A stretch of 64,000 bases of DNA from the NCBI GenBank assembly GCA_023133415.1, contig JAGLWM010000001.1, positions 13,207 to 77,206 of the forward strand. The letters run 5' to 3'. The notes beneath the pieces are model-generated. The model was given only the letters and a program-made list of their open reading frames with translations. It ran no database searches and was not told the DNA's origin. The translations under genes and the position numbers were made by a program. Positions within the stretch are counted from its first letter, which is position 1; each line of letters starts with the position of its first letter. The stretch is from Candidatus Pacearchaeota archaeon. Its GTDB lineage: Archaea > Nanobdellota > Nanobdellia > Pacearchaeales > GW2011-AR1. Positions 18,121 through 26,506 of this stretch are shown piece after piece.

Positions 18121-19539
18121 TTATATATTTTTTCGAATATAAGCCTTTAGGTCATTTTCATTAATTGAAATTTCATAAAAGTTGTTTGAGCTAATGCTTT
18201 TTTCAATTCCAATAAATCTTTTTTCTCTTTCGGGTATAAAACTTAATGCTTCTTTTATTGTATCTTCAAATTTTACTGGTAGGGCAGTTTCCATACATAC
18301 CATTGGAATTCCGTCGTTAGTTTTATATTTTTTTGCAATTGTTAGTGCATCTGCACTGTGGGGATCTATTATTTTTCCGGTTTCTTTATATAACTGTTTT
18401 ATCGTGTTTATTCTGTCTTGGTGGGTTGAACTATCGCTATAAAATCCGTTTTGTTTAAATGTATCTAAACTGATTCCGAAATCTTTGAAATCTACTTTTC
18501 CATCCTTCCTGAATTTTTCCACATATTTTATTACAGTTTCTGTGTTTCTATCTACAAGGTCAAATAATAATCTTTCGTAGTTTGATGCTTTTGATATATC
18601 CATTGAGGGACTTGATGTAATTTGCGAGGGCGTTATTTTATAAATTCCTGTTTTGATTAGTTTGTCGAGGACATTATTCTCGTTTGTTGCTATAATTAGT
18701 TTTCTTATTGGCAATCCCATTTTTTTTGCAATATATCCTGAGAGGACGTTCCCAAAGTTTCCTGTAGGGACTACAAAATCAATCTCGTCCCCGACATTTT
18801 TTATAACTTGTAAATATCCTGAAAAGAAGTAGGGGATTTGTGAAGATATTCGTCCCCAGTTGATTGAGTTTACTGCACCCAATTTTGAAAACTCAGGATC
18901 TTTTTTTAATCCCTTTACTAAATCTTGGCAATCATCGAATCTTCCATTGACGCTAATGTTAAAAATATTTTCACCTGACAGCGAACCCATTTGGGCTTTT
19001 TGAAAGTTGCTCATTCCGATTTTTGGGCTTAGCATAAATAAAGTAATATTTTTTAGTCCTTTAACTGCAGCTTCGGCAGATGACCCTGTATCTCCAGAGG
19101 TTGCCCCGAGAATTATTAATTTTTCATTTCGTTTATTTAATTCATAATTCATTTCTTGTCCCAGCTCCTGTAATGCCATATCTTTAAACGCCGCCGTTGG
19201 ACCAAGAGAAAGATTTTGCATAAAAAGGTCTTTTTCAATTTTCTTAACTGGAACCGTGTTCGAATTTTGTGAATTAAATTTTGGTTCGGCATAGGCATTT
19301 TTTAAAAGAGTTTTTAAATCGTTATTAGGAATTGTATTCCCCACTAATTTCTTTTTTATTTCAAAAGCTAATTCTGGATAAGACATCTTTTTCATTCCTT
19401 CTAATTCTTGTATAGAAATTTGTGGATATTCTGTTGGAACATATAGTCCTCCATCCGGAGCAAGGCCTTCAAGTAAGGCATCTGTGTAAGAAATTTCTTT
19501 TTTGTTCTTATCTCTGGTGCTGATTAATTTTCCTTCCAT
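18121..19539 (-). CDS. thrC: Threonine synthase (long form)
   Basis: PLP-lysine motif TAAFKDMALQ, GATSGDTGSSA and PTGNFGN motifs. 472 aa. Confidence 0.85.
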   Translation of the reverse strand: MEGKLISTRDKNKKEISYTDALLEGLAPDGGLYVPTEYPQISIQELEGMKKMSYPELAFEIKKKLVGNTIPNNDLKTLLKNAYAEPKFNSQNSNTVPVKKIEKDLFMQNLSLGPTAAFKDMALQELGQEMNYELNKRNEKLIILGATSGDTGSSAEAAVKGLKNITLFMLSPKIGMSNFQKAQMGSLSGENIFNISVNGRFDDCQDLVKGLKKDPEFSKLGAVNSINWGRISSQIPYFFSGYLQVIKNVGDEIDFVVPTGNFGNVLSGYIAKKMGLPIRKLIIATNENNVLDKLIKTGIYKITPSQITSSPSMDISKASNYERLLFDLVDRNTETVIKYVEKFRKDGKVDFKDFGISLDTFKQNGFYSDSSTHQDRINTIKQLYKETGKIIDPHSADALTIAKKYKTNDGIPMVCMETALPVKFEDTIKEALSFIPEREKRFIGIEKSISSNNFYEISINENDLKAYIRKNI

Positions 19540-19622
19540 GTCATATTATCAAAAAGGGTATTTTTATATTTAACTTATATTCTTCATTATATATTCTAAT
19601 ATGATATATTTAAATAGATATT

Positions 19623-20171
19623 TCAAAATTTAATTTTCGGTACGGCTTTTGCTGCTTCTGGGATTTTTAGGTATTCTTTTGGTTTGAAGCCGTAGATAGA
19701 GGCGAACCATAGGCCAGGAATTTTGTGTGTCATTACATTGTATGACATAATTCCGTCGTTGTAGTATTGTCGTGCATATGCCACTTTGTCTTCGATTGCT
19801 GAAAGCTCTTGTTGTAGTTGTAGGAAATTTTGATTTGCTTTTAGATCTGGATAACCTTCTGCGATTGCGAAGATTGATTTTAGCGCTGATTGTAATTTGT
19901 TTCCGGCTTTCATCTTCTTCTCTACGCCTTTTGCAGACATGAGAGCTTTTCTTGCGTTTGTCACTTCTGTGATTATTTTTTTCTCGTGTTTCATGTAGCC
20001 CTTGACTGAAGCTAATAGACTTGGGATGAGGTCGGAACGTTTTTTTAGTTGGACGGAGATTTGCGCGAGGGAATTGTCGATTTGGTGTGATAGTGCTACG
20101 AAGCGGTTGTAGTAGATTAGGAATGTTGCGGCGACGATTATTACTGCTACGATTAGAATCCAAGTTATCAT
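19623..20171 (-). CDS. lemA: LemA family protein
   Basis: N-terminal TM helix followed by YNRFVALSHQIDNSLAQISVQLKKRSDLIPSLL and YYNDGIMSYN, typical of LemA. Confidence 0.85.
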   Translation of the reverse strand: MITWILIVAVIIVAATFLIYYNRFVALSHQIDNSLAQISVQLKKRSDLIPSLLASVKGYMKHEKKIITEVTNARKALMSAKGVEKKMKAGNKLQSALKSIFAIAEGYPDLKANQNFLQLQQELSAIEDKVAYARQYYNDGIMSYNVMTHKIPGLWFASIYGFKPKEYLKIPEAAKAVPKIKF

Positions 20172-20221
20172 AGATGTGTTAATTCAATTAAATTTATAAA
20201 TGTTGTTATCTTTCGTTTAGG

Positions 20222-20431
20222 ATGAATAGGAGTTTGATGATCGGGATTGGAATTTTGGTTCTTATTTGTTTGGGATTTTTGATTGTTTCGAGTATGACTG
20301 GGAGTGTAATTACCGGGTCTATTATGAATGAGAAAATTATTGAGGATGAGTATTTTAAGATAAGTGATTTTGGGAATGAATTAAATGAGGAGGTGAATGA
20401 TGGTACACAAGATAGTAGTGGATCAGGATAG
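20222..20431 (+). CDS. Small membrane protein (uncertain)
   Basis: One TM helix (MIGIGILVLICLGFLIVSS) and an acidic tail. It overlaps the ferredoxin start. Confidence 0.3.
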   Translation: MNRSLMIGIGILVLICLGFLIVSSMTGSVITGSIMNEKIIEDEYFKISDFGNELNEEVNDGTQDSSGSG

Positions 20432-20585
20432 TTGTATTGGATGTGGCGCTTGTGCCGTGACTTGTCCTAAGGCTTTTGAGATGAAAAATGGAAAGGCTCA
20501 TGCTGTGAAAAGTGAAGTCGAGAAGTTGAATTGTGAAACAGCGGCGGCAAGTGGGTGTCCGGTCGGGGCGATTAGTGTTAGTTAA
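20397..20585 (+). CDS. Small 4Fe-4S ferredoxin
   Basis: CIGCGACAVTCP plus distal C...GCPVGAI. GGAGGTGA Shine-Dalgarno-like sequence at 20388-20395. Confidence 0.7.
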   Translation: MMVHKIVVDQDSCIGCGACAVTCPKAFEMKNGKAHAVKSEVEKLNCETAAASGCPVGAISVS

Positions 20586-20604
20586 ATGAGTAAAAATATT
20601 GATT

Positions 20605-21324
20605 TTAGCTTTTTTTAGCTACTTTCCATAAAATTTTAAAATAATTTCTATAACTTTTTGCTAACTTTTTGCTTTCTATCAAAATTATTATAACTGGATT
20701 CTCATGAATGAATATTGCCACCTTATTTCCATAGACAAAAGTGGAAGCAGGAGATTGATATTCCTTTGAAATAAATTTGACCCGATTCATCTTCCATATC
20801 GGAGCCCGTGAACCCTCAGTAATGATTATTTTTGCCCTTATATTCTTTTTAGTTCGCCAGTTTGCCCATTGTTCGGTATAGGCTGGCAAATCCTCGCTAA
20901 ATTTTCCTTCTGCTCCAAATAAAATAAAATCTCTATTCTCTTCTATCATATTATTCATAACTGTTTTCTGGCCTTTAATACCAACAAAAATTTGTGCGAT
21001 AAATTTTGTCTGTGCTTCTTCCTTAATGGACTTAATTTTTTTGAAAACCTCTTTGGCCAACTTTTGTTTTTTTTCCGCTTGCTGTTTTTCTTCCAGAGCA
21101 ATGTCCACAAATTTTGAAGGGCTTACTGCAGAATAACATTTTATTTTATTTTGAATTACATAACTTGCAAAACCTTTTCCGATCAATCTTTCCAAAACAT
21201 CATAAACCGTTGTTCTGTGCAACTGAGTTTTCTTAATTATCTCAGAAGCAGATGATGAGCCAATGCTAAGAAGAGCCAAATAAATTTTTTCTTCTGTGTC
21301 AGTTAATCCAAATTCCTTAAGCAT
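20605..21324 (-). CDS. TrmB family transcriptional regulator
   Basis: N-terminal wHTH FGLTDTEEKIYLALLSIGSSSASEIIKKTQLHRTTVYDVLERLIGKGF and a TrmB-like C-terminal domain. Confidence 0.75.
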   Translation of the reverse strand: MLKEFGLTDTEEKIYLALLSIGSSSASEIIKKTQLHRTTVYDVLERLIGKGFASYVIQNKIKCYSAVSPSKFVDIALEEKQQAEKKQKLAKEVFKKIKSIKEEAQTKFIAQIFVGIKGQKTVMNNMIEENRDFILFGAEGKFSEDLPAYTEQWANWRTKKNIRAKIIITEGSRAPIWKMNRVKFISKEYQSPASTFVYGNKVAIFIHENPVIIILIESKKLAKSYRNYFKILWKVAKKS

Positions 21325-21383
21325 TGTGTCGTCATGTTACATAACTACTACTGTTTAAATATCTTTGTCACTACAAAAATAGT

Positions 21384-21545
21384 ATGGCAGAAAAAGGATA
21401 TCGAGCCAGAGAGCAAACCAAAAAACCCTACGAAAAACCATCCTACAATATAGAAACTACTATGACATTTATGTTCGACGCCATAAAAAACCGAGATACT
21501 AAATATACCTGCAGACAATGTTCTAGTTGTCATGGATGCAGATGA
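21384..21545 (+). CDS. Untracked 53-aa ORF ending in CxxCxxCxxC
   Basis: MAEKGYRAREQTKKPYEKPSYNIETTMTFMFDAIKNRDTKYTCRQCSSCHGCR*. TTTAAATAT box at 21354-21362, about 26 nt upstream of the ATG. The stop overlaps the next ATG as ATGA (21542-21545). Confidence 0.4.
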   Translation: MAEKGYRAREQTKKPYEKPSYNIETTMTFMFDAIKNRDTKYTCRQCSSCHGCR

Positions 21546-21922
21546 AACCCAAATTATTATACGTCGAAGATTTCCGAAAATGTTTTGAAATTACTCAGGG
21601 AGTTTTTGGAGAAAGTTATACCATAGATTGGAGAAAAGATTTTATAGAGGGTGCTATGGCAATGAATAACTTGGAGCAATATTGTGCAGGCGTATTTGAT
21701 ATTAATTTAAATTATGATTCTTCGAAAGCAGATGATGAGCAGACAAAAGAGGGATTTGATTTAATTGAAGTCGTCAGAGAAAGGAGAAGCGGTCTCCCAA
21801 TAATCTGTGCCAGCAAGGACAATTATAGAGATGAAGCATTAGAAAGAGGTGCCGACTTATTTATGTTTAAAAAAGAATTTTGGGAAAGGGGACAAGAAGT
21901 ATTAGAAAAACTAATTAAGTAA
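21542..21922 (+). CDS. Stand-alone receiver (REC/CheY-like) domain protein
   Basis: MKPKLLYVEDF..., VFDINL and GLPIICAS follow the REC pattern. The start is placed at Met6 of tracked ORF 21527..21922 because of the ATGA coupling. Confidence 0.5.
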   Translation: MKPKLLYVEDFRKCFEITQGVFGESYTIDWRKDFIEGAMAMNNLEQYCAGVFDINLNYDSSKADDEQTKEGFDLIEVVRERRSGLPIICASKDNYRDEALERGADLFMFKKEFWERGQEVLEKLIK

Positions 21923-21935
21923 AAAGAGACAGATA

Positions 21936-22355
21936 ATGGAAGACAGAAAAGATATGTCTGAACGACAAAGATATTTTAAAGAGTTACGTCAGCAACAATA
22001 TAATCGTAAAGATTTTTATGCTCAACAAATTTTAGAAATTAAACAATTATTAGAATCCAATGAAAAAGAAATTCGATATAATGAGGGATGGATAGAATTT
22101 CACGAAAAATCAATTGAGGGACATAGGCAACAGATTGAAGAAATTTCGCATTTTGATGAAAAAAAAGAGCAGAAACATAAATTAAAATTTCATATTGAGC
22201 AAATAGAATCCCATCATAAGAAAAATATAGCGTATCATAATAAGGAAACCAGCGCATTAAAAAAAGAGATTCAATTATTTGAGGAAGGAATTGTTAGGTG
22301 TGAAGAGCAAATAAATTATTTACAAAATAAGGCAACGGAAAACACTAGAAATTAA
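21936..22355 (+). CDS. Coiled-coil, His-rich hypothetical protein
   Basis: 139-aa ORF rich in E/K/Q/H heptad-like sequence. Immediately downstream of the REC gene. Confidence 0.4.
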   Translation: MEDRKDMSERQRYFKELRQQQYNRKDFYAQQILEIKQLLESNEKEIRYNEGWIEFHEKSIEGHRQQIEEISHFDEKKEQKHKLKFHIEQIESHHKKNIAYHNKETSALKKEIQLFEEGIVRCEEQINYLQNKATENTRN

Positions 22356-22393
22356 ATCTAACCTAATTTCTAAATAAAAAATTCTTCAAAAGA

Positions 22394-22422
22394 TTTATAA
22401 AAGAAAGTTAACTATTGTTAAC
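22394..22422 (+). promoter_or_regulatory. TATA-like box plus GTTAAC-N4-GTTAAC repeat in front of the HTH regulator gene
   Basis: TTTATAAAAG at 22394-22403, about 25 nt upstream of ATG 22423. GTTAACTATTGTTAAC at 22407-22422 covers the expected transcription start. Confidence 0.4.
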
Positions 22423-22788
22423 ATGTATTTGTTACCGCAGGAGATTGAAGTTTGGTATATTATTCCGGCTGTTCGGAAGGAGTTGGCTGGGCTGTTGACT
22501 AGGGAATATGGTTTTAGTTATGAGAAGGCTGGGTTGGCGCTTGGGATTAGTAAGGCGGCGATTAGTCAATATTTGTCGAATAAGAGGGCGAATAAGGTTA
22601 AATTGAATTTTGATACTAAAAGGGAGGTTGCCCGGTCGGCGAAAGTAATTGTTAAAAACCCGAAGTTGGCAGTAAGTGAAATCCAGCGAATTTTGAAATT
22701 TATGAAGGATAATAAATGTTCGTGTAATGTTTGCAGGAAATATAATAAGGAGGTTCTTGGCTATTGTAATTGTGAGCCGAGATATTAA
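22423..22788 (+). CDS. HTH transcriptional regulator with a C-terminal Cys cluster
   Basis: HTH segment SYEKAGLALGISKAAISQYLSNKRA. C-terminal CSCNVCRKYNKEVLGYCNCE. First gene of the nifS/iscU cluster. Confidence 0.6.
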   Translation: MYLLPQEIEVWYIIPAVRKELAGLLTREYGFSYEKAGLALGISKAAISQYLSNKRANKVKLNFDTKREVARSAKVIVKNPKLAVSEIQRILKFMKDNKCSCNVCRKYNKEVLGYCNCEPRY

Positions 22789-24065
22789 TGAAAATTTATT
22801 TAGATAATGCTGCGACGACGAGGGTTGATGATGATGTGGCTGAGAGTGTTAGGCGGGTTTTTTTGGAGAGTTATGGGAATGCGTCGAGTTTGCATGATGT
22901 TGGGCGTGAGGCGAAGGTTGAGTTGGATGAAGCTCGGAAAAAGATAGCGACTTATCTTGGTTGCGATGTGGACGAGATTGTTTTTACTTCGGGTGGGACG
23001 GAGTCTAATAATTTGGCGATTCGTGGTTTGGCGAAGGCTAATCCTAATAAGAAACATATTGTTACTTCGGTGATTGAACATTCTTGTGTCTTGGAGACGT
23101 GTCGTGATTTGGAGCGGGAGGGTTATGAGGTTGATTATTTGGGTGTTGATTCGGATGGGTTGGTGAATGTTGATGATGTTCGGGAAAAGATTCGGGAGGA
23201 TACTCTTTTGGTTTCTGTGATGCATGTTAATAATGAGGTTGGGACGGTTCAGCCGATTGAGGAGATTGGTCGAGTTTGTAGGAAAGCTGGAATTTATTTT
23301 CACACCGATGCTGTTCAGGGATTTTTGAAGGTTAATTTGGATTTGAAAAATGTTGATTTGATGTCGGTTTCTGGGCATAAGGTTTGTGCGCCGAAGGGTG
23401 TTGGGTTTTTGTATATCAGGAAGGATGTAAATATTTCTTCGATTATAACTGGTGGCGGACAGGAGGGTGGTTTGAGGAGTGGGACTGAGAATGTGCCTGG
23501 GGTTGTCGGGTTGGCGGCTGCTTTGGATGTTGATTTTGGGATTGAGGATGTTCGGGAAAGTCGGGATAAGATTGTTGATGGGTTGAAGAAGATTAAGCGC
23601 GTAAAGATTAATGGGTCAATGGGGGATCGGGTTTACAATAATATTAGTGTGTCGTTTTATGGGATTGATGGGGAGAGTTTGATGTTGATGTTGAATGAGG
23701 ACGGGATTTGTGTTTCGACGGGTTCGGCTTGTGCTGCGGCGAAGTTGAGGGGGAGTCATGTTTTGAAGGCGATGGGCGTGGATGAAATGTATATTAATGG
23801 GAGTTTGAGGTTATCACTTGGAGTTGACGCGATTGGGAAGGAGGAGCATATTGTGGAGAGAATTGGGAAGCATGTGGCGAAGTTGCGGGAGATTAGTCCG
23901 TTTAAATTTTCTGACGAAAATTTGGGTGGTTCTTCGACTGAGTCGAAGGGTGGTTCACATCCTTCAAATGTGGATGGTTCAGAATCAAAGATTCTGGGTG
24001 GTTCAGCTTCGCTGGGGGCTGGTTCAGCTGAGTTAAATGTTGATAAGAGTGAAGAGGAGGATTAA
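22788..24065 (+). CDS. iscS: Cysteine desulfurase (NifS/IscS-like) with a repetitive C-terminal tail
   Basis: YLDNAATT, SGGTESNN, SVSGHK (PLP lysine) and STGSACA (active-site Cys) motifs. The last ~45 aa are a tandem-repeat tail. Confidence 0.85.
   Translation: MKIYLDNAATTRVDDDVAESVRRVFLESYGNASSLHDVGREAKVELDEARKKIATYLGCDVDEIVFTSGGTESNNLAIRGLAKANPNKKHIVTSVIEHSCVLETCRDLEREGYEVDYLGVDSDGLVNVDDVREKIREDTLLVSVMHVNNEVGTVQPIEEIGRVCRKAGIYFHTDAVQGFLKVNLDLKNVDLMSVSGHKVCAPKGVGFLYIRKDVNISSIITGGGQEGGLRSGTENVPGVVGLAAALDVDFGIEDVRESRDKIVDGLKKIKRVKINGSMGDRVYNNISVSFYGIDGESLMLMLNEDGICVSTGSACAAAKLRGSHVLKAMGVDEMYINGSLRLSLGVDAIGKEEHIVERIGKHVAKLREISPFKFSDENLGGSSTESKGGSHPSNVDGSESKILGGSASLGAGSAELNVDKSEEED
23924..24034 (+). 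repeat. About five tandem ~24-nt repeats (GGGTGGTTC-anchored) encoding the NifS tail
   Basis: GGGTGGTTC or its variants occur at 23924, 23948, 23972, 23996 and 24017. A diverged ~50-nt copy lies at 24287-24335. Confidence 0.8.
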
Positions 24066-24286
24066 TGATGGCGAAAAAGATAACTAAGGATATGACGTTT
24101 GCGGAGATTATGAAGCTGGACAAGAAGGCGGGCGAGAAGTTGGCAGAGCGGGGTTTGTTTTGTGGTGGATGTCCGATGGCGCAGTTTGAGACGTTGGAGA
24201 ATGGGGCGAAGGCACATGGGGTCAGCGTTGAGAAACTATTGGAAGAACTCAACGCGAATGGCTCGAACGAGAATCGTTCGGAATAG
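24065..24286 (+). CDS. DUF1858-like small redox-associated protein
   Basis: MTFAEIMKLDKKAGEKLAERGLFCGGCPMAQFETLENGAKAHGV matches the remembered DUF1858 pattern (C-G-G-C-P). ATGATG start overlaps the nifS stop. Confidence 0.6.
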   Translation: MMAKKITKDMTFAEIMKLDKKAGEKLAERGLFCGGCPMAQFETLENGAKAHGVSVEKLLEELNANGSNENRSE

Positions 24287-24449
24287 TTCTTCAACTTCCT
24301 TGAAGGATGGCTCAGCTTTGCTGGGGGTTTGGTTTAGCAAAAGAAATGTAAATATGGAAATAAAAAATACTAGTGAGAATGAGAAAGATAATATTATTTC
24401 TAGAGTTAAATTTAGGTTGCCTAATTTGGCTGAAATTGCTAGGGGTTGA

Positions 24450-24833
24450 ATGATGAATAATATAAATTACAACAGGAATGTCTTGGATCATTTTCGGAAT
24501 CCGCGGAATATGGGAGAGTTGGGAGATGCTGATGCGGAGGCGACGGTTGGTAATCCCAGTTGTGGTGATGTGATGAAGGTCATGATTAAGATTCGGGATA
24601 ATCGGATTGAGGATGTTAAGTTTCAGACGATGGGTTGTGCGGCGGCGATTGCTACGAGTTCGATGTTGACGGAGTTGGTGAAGGGGAAGAGTTTGGACGA
24701 GGCGGGGAAGATTTCGAATGAGGATGTCGTTGTTGCTTTGGGTGGATTGCCTCCGATAAAAATACATTGTTCTAATTTAGCTGCGGATGCGCTAAAATTA
24801 GCAATAGCTAATTTTAGAGGCAATAGGAAATAG
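24450..24833 (+). CDS. iscU: Fe-S cluster assembly scaffold IscU/NifU-N
   Basis: GNPSCGDVM, MGCAAAIATSS and IHCSNLAADAL give the three conserved Cys. Confidence 0.85.
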   Translation: MMNNINYNRNVLDHFRNPRNMGELGDADAEATVGNPSCGDVMKVMIKIRDNRIEDVKFQTMGCAAAIATSSMLTELVKGKSLDEAGKISNEDVVVALGGLPPIKIHCSNLAADALKLAIANFRGNRK

Positions 24834-24857
24834 GTAATGGGTGATAGGTTGAATGTT

Positions 24858-24880
24858 GCGCTCTCTTTTCGCGCTTGTGG
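24858..24880. repeat. GCGC-hairpin element copy (GCGCTCTCTTTTCGCGCTTGTGG)
   Basis: 20/23 identical to 14039-14061. Preceded by a GT-rich tract (GGTAATGGGTGATAGGTTGAATG). Confidence 0.75.
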
Positions 24881-24994
24881 ATTATATAAGTAATAAAAAT
24901 AAGTTTTATGAAAAAATAATGAATCCCCCAAGCTCCCTAACAAGGAAGATTCATTGAATGTGATTTAATTAAAATAATAATAATATTCGAAGAT

Positions 24995-25189
24995 TTACTT
25001 CTTCTTTTTAGCCACTTTTTTCTTTACGACTTTCTTAGCGACTTTTTTCTTTACGACTTTCTTAGCGACTTTTTTCTTCTTCTTTCCGCCTCGAGCCATT
25101 TTAGCTTCGCAAACGTTACCCTTTCCATCTACATAATATAGAAAACCAGATTTTCGTTCAACGACATTTTTAGCGATAATTTTTCCCAT
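24995..25189 (-). CDS. Small Lys-rich basic protein with a (VAKKVVKKK)n tail
   Basis: MGKIIAKNVVERKSGFLYYVDGKGNVCEAKMARGG followed by a K/V/A repeat. The tail is encoded by 27-bp tandem repeats at 25008-25085. Confidence 0.55.
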   Translation of the reverse strand: MGKIIAKNVVERKSGFLYYVDGKGNVCEAKMARGGKKKKKVAKKVVKKKVAKKVVKKKVAKKKK

Positions 25190-25275
25190 TTTTTAACCTC
25201 CTTTTTACCTCTTCTGTAAACTTAATTTCTTTAGAGTTGATTTTCTATTTAAATGTTTCTATTGCTAACAACGAG

Positions 25276-25394
25276 TTTTGTCGACGGGATGAGAAGCCAG
25301 GCTTTGGGGTATTTAGTATTGTTGCGCACTTTTTGTGCGCGACTTGTGTGGCTCTTGTGTGCGACTTGTGTGACTTTTGTTATTTTGTCGACGG
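25276..25394. repeat. 12-bp direct repeat pair (TTTTGTCGACGG) flanking a 95-bp GT-rich/GCGC-hairpin segment
   Basis: Copies at 25276-25287 and 25383-25394. The perfect hairpin GCGCAC-TTTTT-GTGCGC lies at 25324-25340, and GCGACTTGTGTG occurs twice between the repeats. Confidence 0.7.
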
Positions 25395-25694
25395 AAGTGG
25401 TATTTCTAGGAGATATTTTCCTTTGCCTGAAATATTGAGTTTCCAGGTTTTGACATCGATGACTTTTGTTGCGTGGAATTTATCGTCGAGAAAGAGCGCG
25501 CGAAAGGGTTTGCAAAAGAGAGAGTGAATTGAAAGTGTTTTATTTTTATTGAAGACAAAGAGAAGTGGCGGAGAATTTTTTTGGAACATTAATCCTATGA
25601 ATTTTTTTGTTGGGGTGTCGCATATTTTTGCTTTGATTGTTCTCTTTTTGCCGTCGATATAATAGACCACATCGGTTGTCGGTGGCACCCTCAT
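25380..25694 (-). CDS. DUF192-like protein
   Basis: IGLMFQKNSPPLLFVFNK...RALFLDDKFHATKVIDV follows the DUF192 pattern (GLM.r...g.lF.f). The start is placed at Met41 (25694) of the tracked ORF to avoid overlap with the upstream gene and a repeat element. Confidence 0.5.
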   Translation of the reverse strand: MRVPPTTDVVYYIDGKKRTIKAKICDTPTKKFIGLMFQKNSPPLLFVFNKNKTLSIHSLFCKPFRALFLDDKFHATKVIDVKTWKLNISGKGKYLLEIPLPSTK

Positions 25695-25748
25695 AAATTT
25701 AGAACAAAAATCGGTTGAGGCGGACCCTCGGTGGTTGGTGGTTGGTTC

Positions 25749-25765
25749 TGCACTCTTTTTGCGCG
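25749..25765. repeat. Degenerate GCGC-hairpin element copy preceded by GGTGGTT heptamers
   Basis: CGGTGGTTGGTGGTTGGTTC TGCACTCTTTTTGCGCG, immediately 3' of the stop of 25772..26230. Confidence 0.55.
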
Positions 25766-25771
25766 TTGATT

Positions 25772-26230
25772 TTAGTGCCATTCGATTTGATGTTCTTCTT
25801 TTTTTAGTTGACAATATTTCTTGTAGACTGCTCCGACGGATTTGTCATGAACTTTGTCGTGATGAATAAAACCGCCGCCAAATGATTTTGGGATATGCAT
25901 GAGTTCGTGAATTATGACTTTAAGCTGTTCTTCGATTGAGAATTTATCAAATTTTTCGGAGATGACTTCAATTAGGTAAAATCCCCTTTTTCTGCCCATT
26001 CCGATTTGCATGGCTTTTCCGAGGGCGTGGCATCTGGCGACTGTGTAACGAGCTTTGGATCCGGTGCTTCTGAGAAAAGCGACATGCTCAAGAAGGACAT
26101 GGTTCCAACTTAGTTTTTTAACTATTTCTTCAGCAATTTGCTGAATATCTGGAGCTTGGTGGTAGCGAATTACCATTTCGCTGGTATTCGGTATTTGGTT
26201 GTTTGGTGATGTGTTGTCTGGTTTATCCAC
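25772..26230 (-). CDS. Putative zinc metallopeptidase (HExxH)
   Basis: IIHELMHIPKSFGGGFIHHD motif. 152 aa. The family is not resolved. Confidence 0.5.
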   Translation of the reverse strand: MDKPDNTSPNNQIPNTSEMVIRYHQAPDIQQIAEEIVKKLSWNHVLLEHVAFLRSTGSKARYTVARCHALGKAMQIGMGRKRGFYLIEVISEKFDKFSIEEQLKVIIHELMHIPKSFGGGFIHHDKVHDKSVGAVYKKYCQLKKEEHQIEWH

Positions 26231-26258
26231 ATTGCTCGTTCAATTGATTCATTTTTTT

Positions 26259-26474
26259 TCATCTTGTTACCTCGATTGTTTTTGTCTTGGAGGTGTGTCC
26301 TTTTATGATTTTTACTTTTGCCTTAAAATACTTTGATAAAAGTTTTTCTAGTTCGATGTTGGCTTTATTTTCTTTGGCTGGTTTTTTGAGGAAAACTTTT
26401 TGAATTTTGCCGTTGATGTCAGTTTGGATTTCTTGACGGGATGAGTTTGGGCAGACCTTGATGTTTAACCTCAT
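26259..26474 (-). CDS. DUF167 (YggU-like) protein
   Basis: MRLNIKVCPNSSRQEI...KANIELEKLLSKYF...VKIIKGHTSKTKTIEV follows the DUF167 pattern. Confidence 0.7.
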   Translation of the reverse strand: MRLNIKVCPNSSRQEIQTDINGKIQKVFLKKPAKENKANIELEKLLSKYFKAKVKIIKGHTSKTKTIEVTR

Positions 26475-26506
26475 GTGTGTGGAAATTTATTTAAGATTAT
26501 AAATAT

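Noticed and set aside
19630-20163. A 177-aa ORF in another frame of the LemA gene.
   Set aside because: The 182-aa frame carries the full LemA motif set. The alternative frame is R/N/S-rich nonsense.
22800-23378. Long antisense ORFs opposite well-supported genes. Examples: 22800-23378, 41406-42035, 61656-62285, 51305-51847, 44457-45011, 28040-28744 and 48407-48985.
   Set aside because: They are shadows of conserved genes on the other strand. Their proteins are P/N/R/Q/I/L-rich and low-complexity with no motifs. Their length is explained by the skewed codon composition.
24354-24449. A 31-codon ORF (MEIKNTSENEKDNIISRVKFRLPNLAEIARG) immediately upstream of iscU.
   Set aside because: It is too short, has no motif, and has no clear promoter or SD. 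It cannot be supported from sequence alone.
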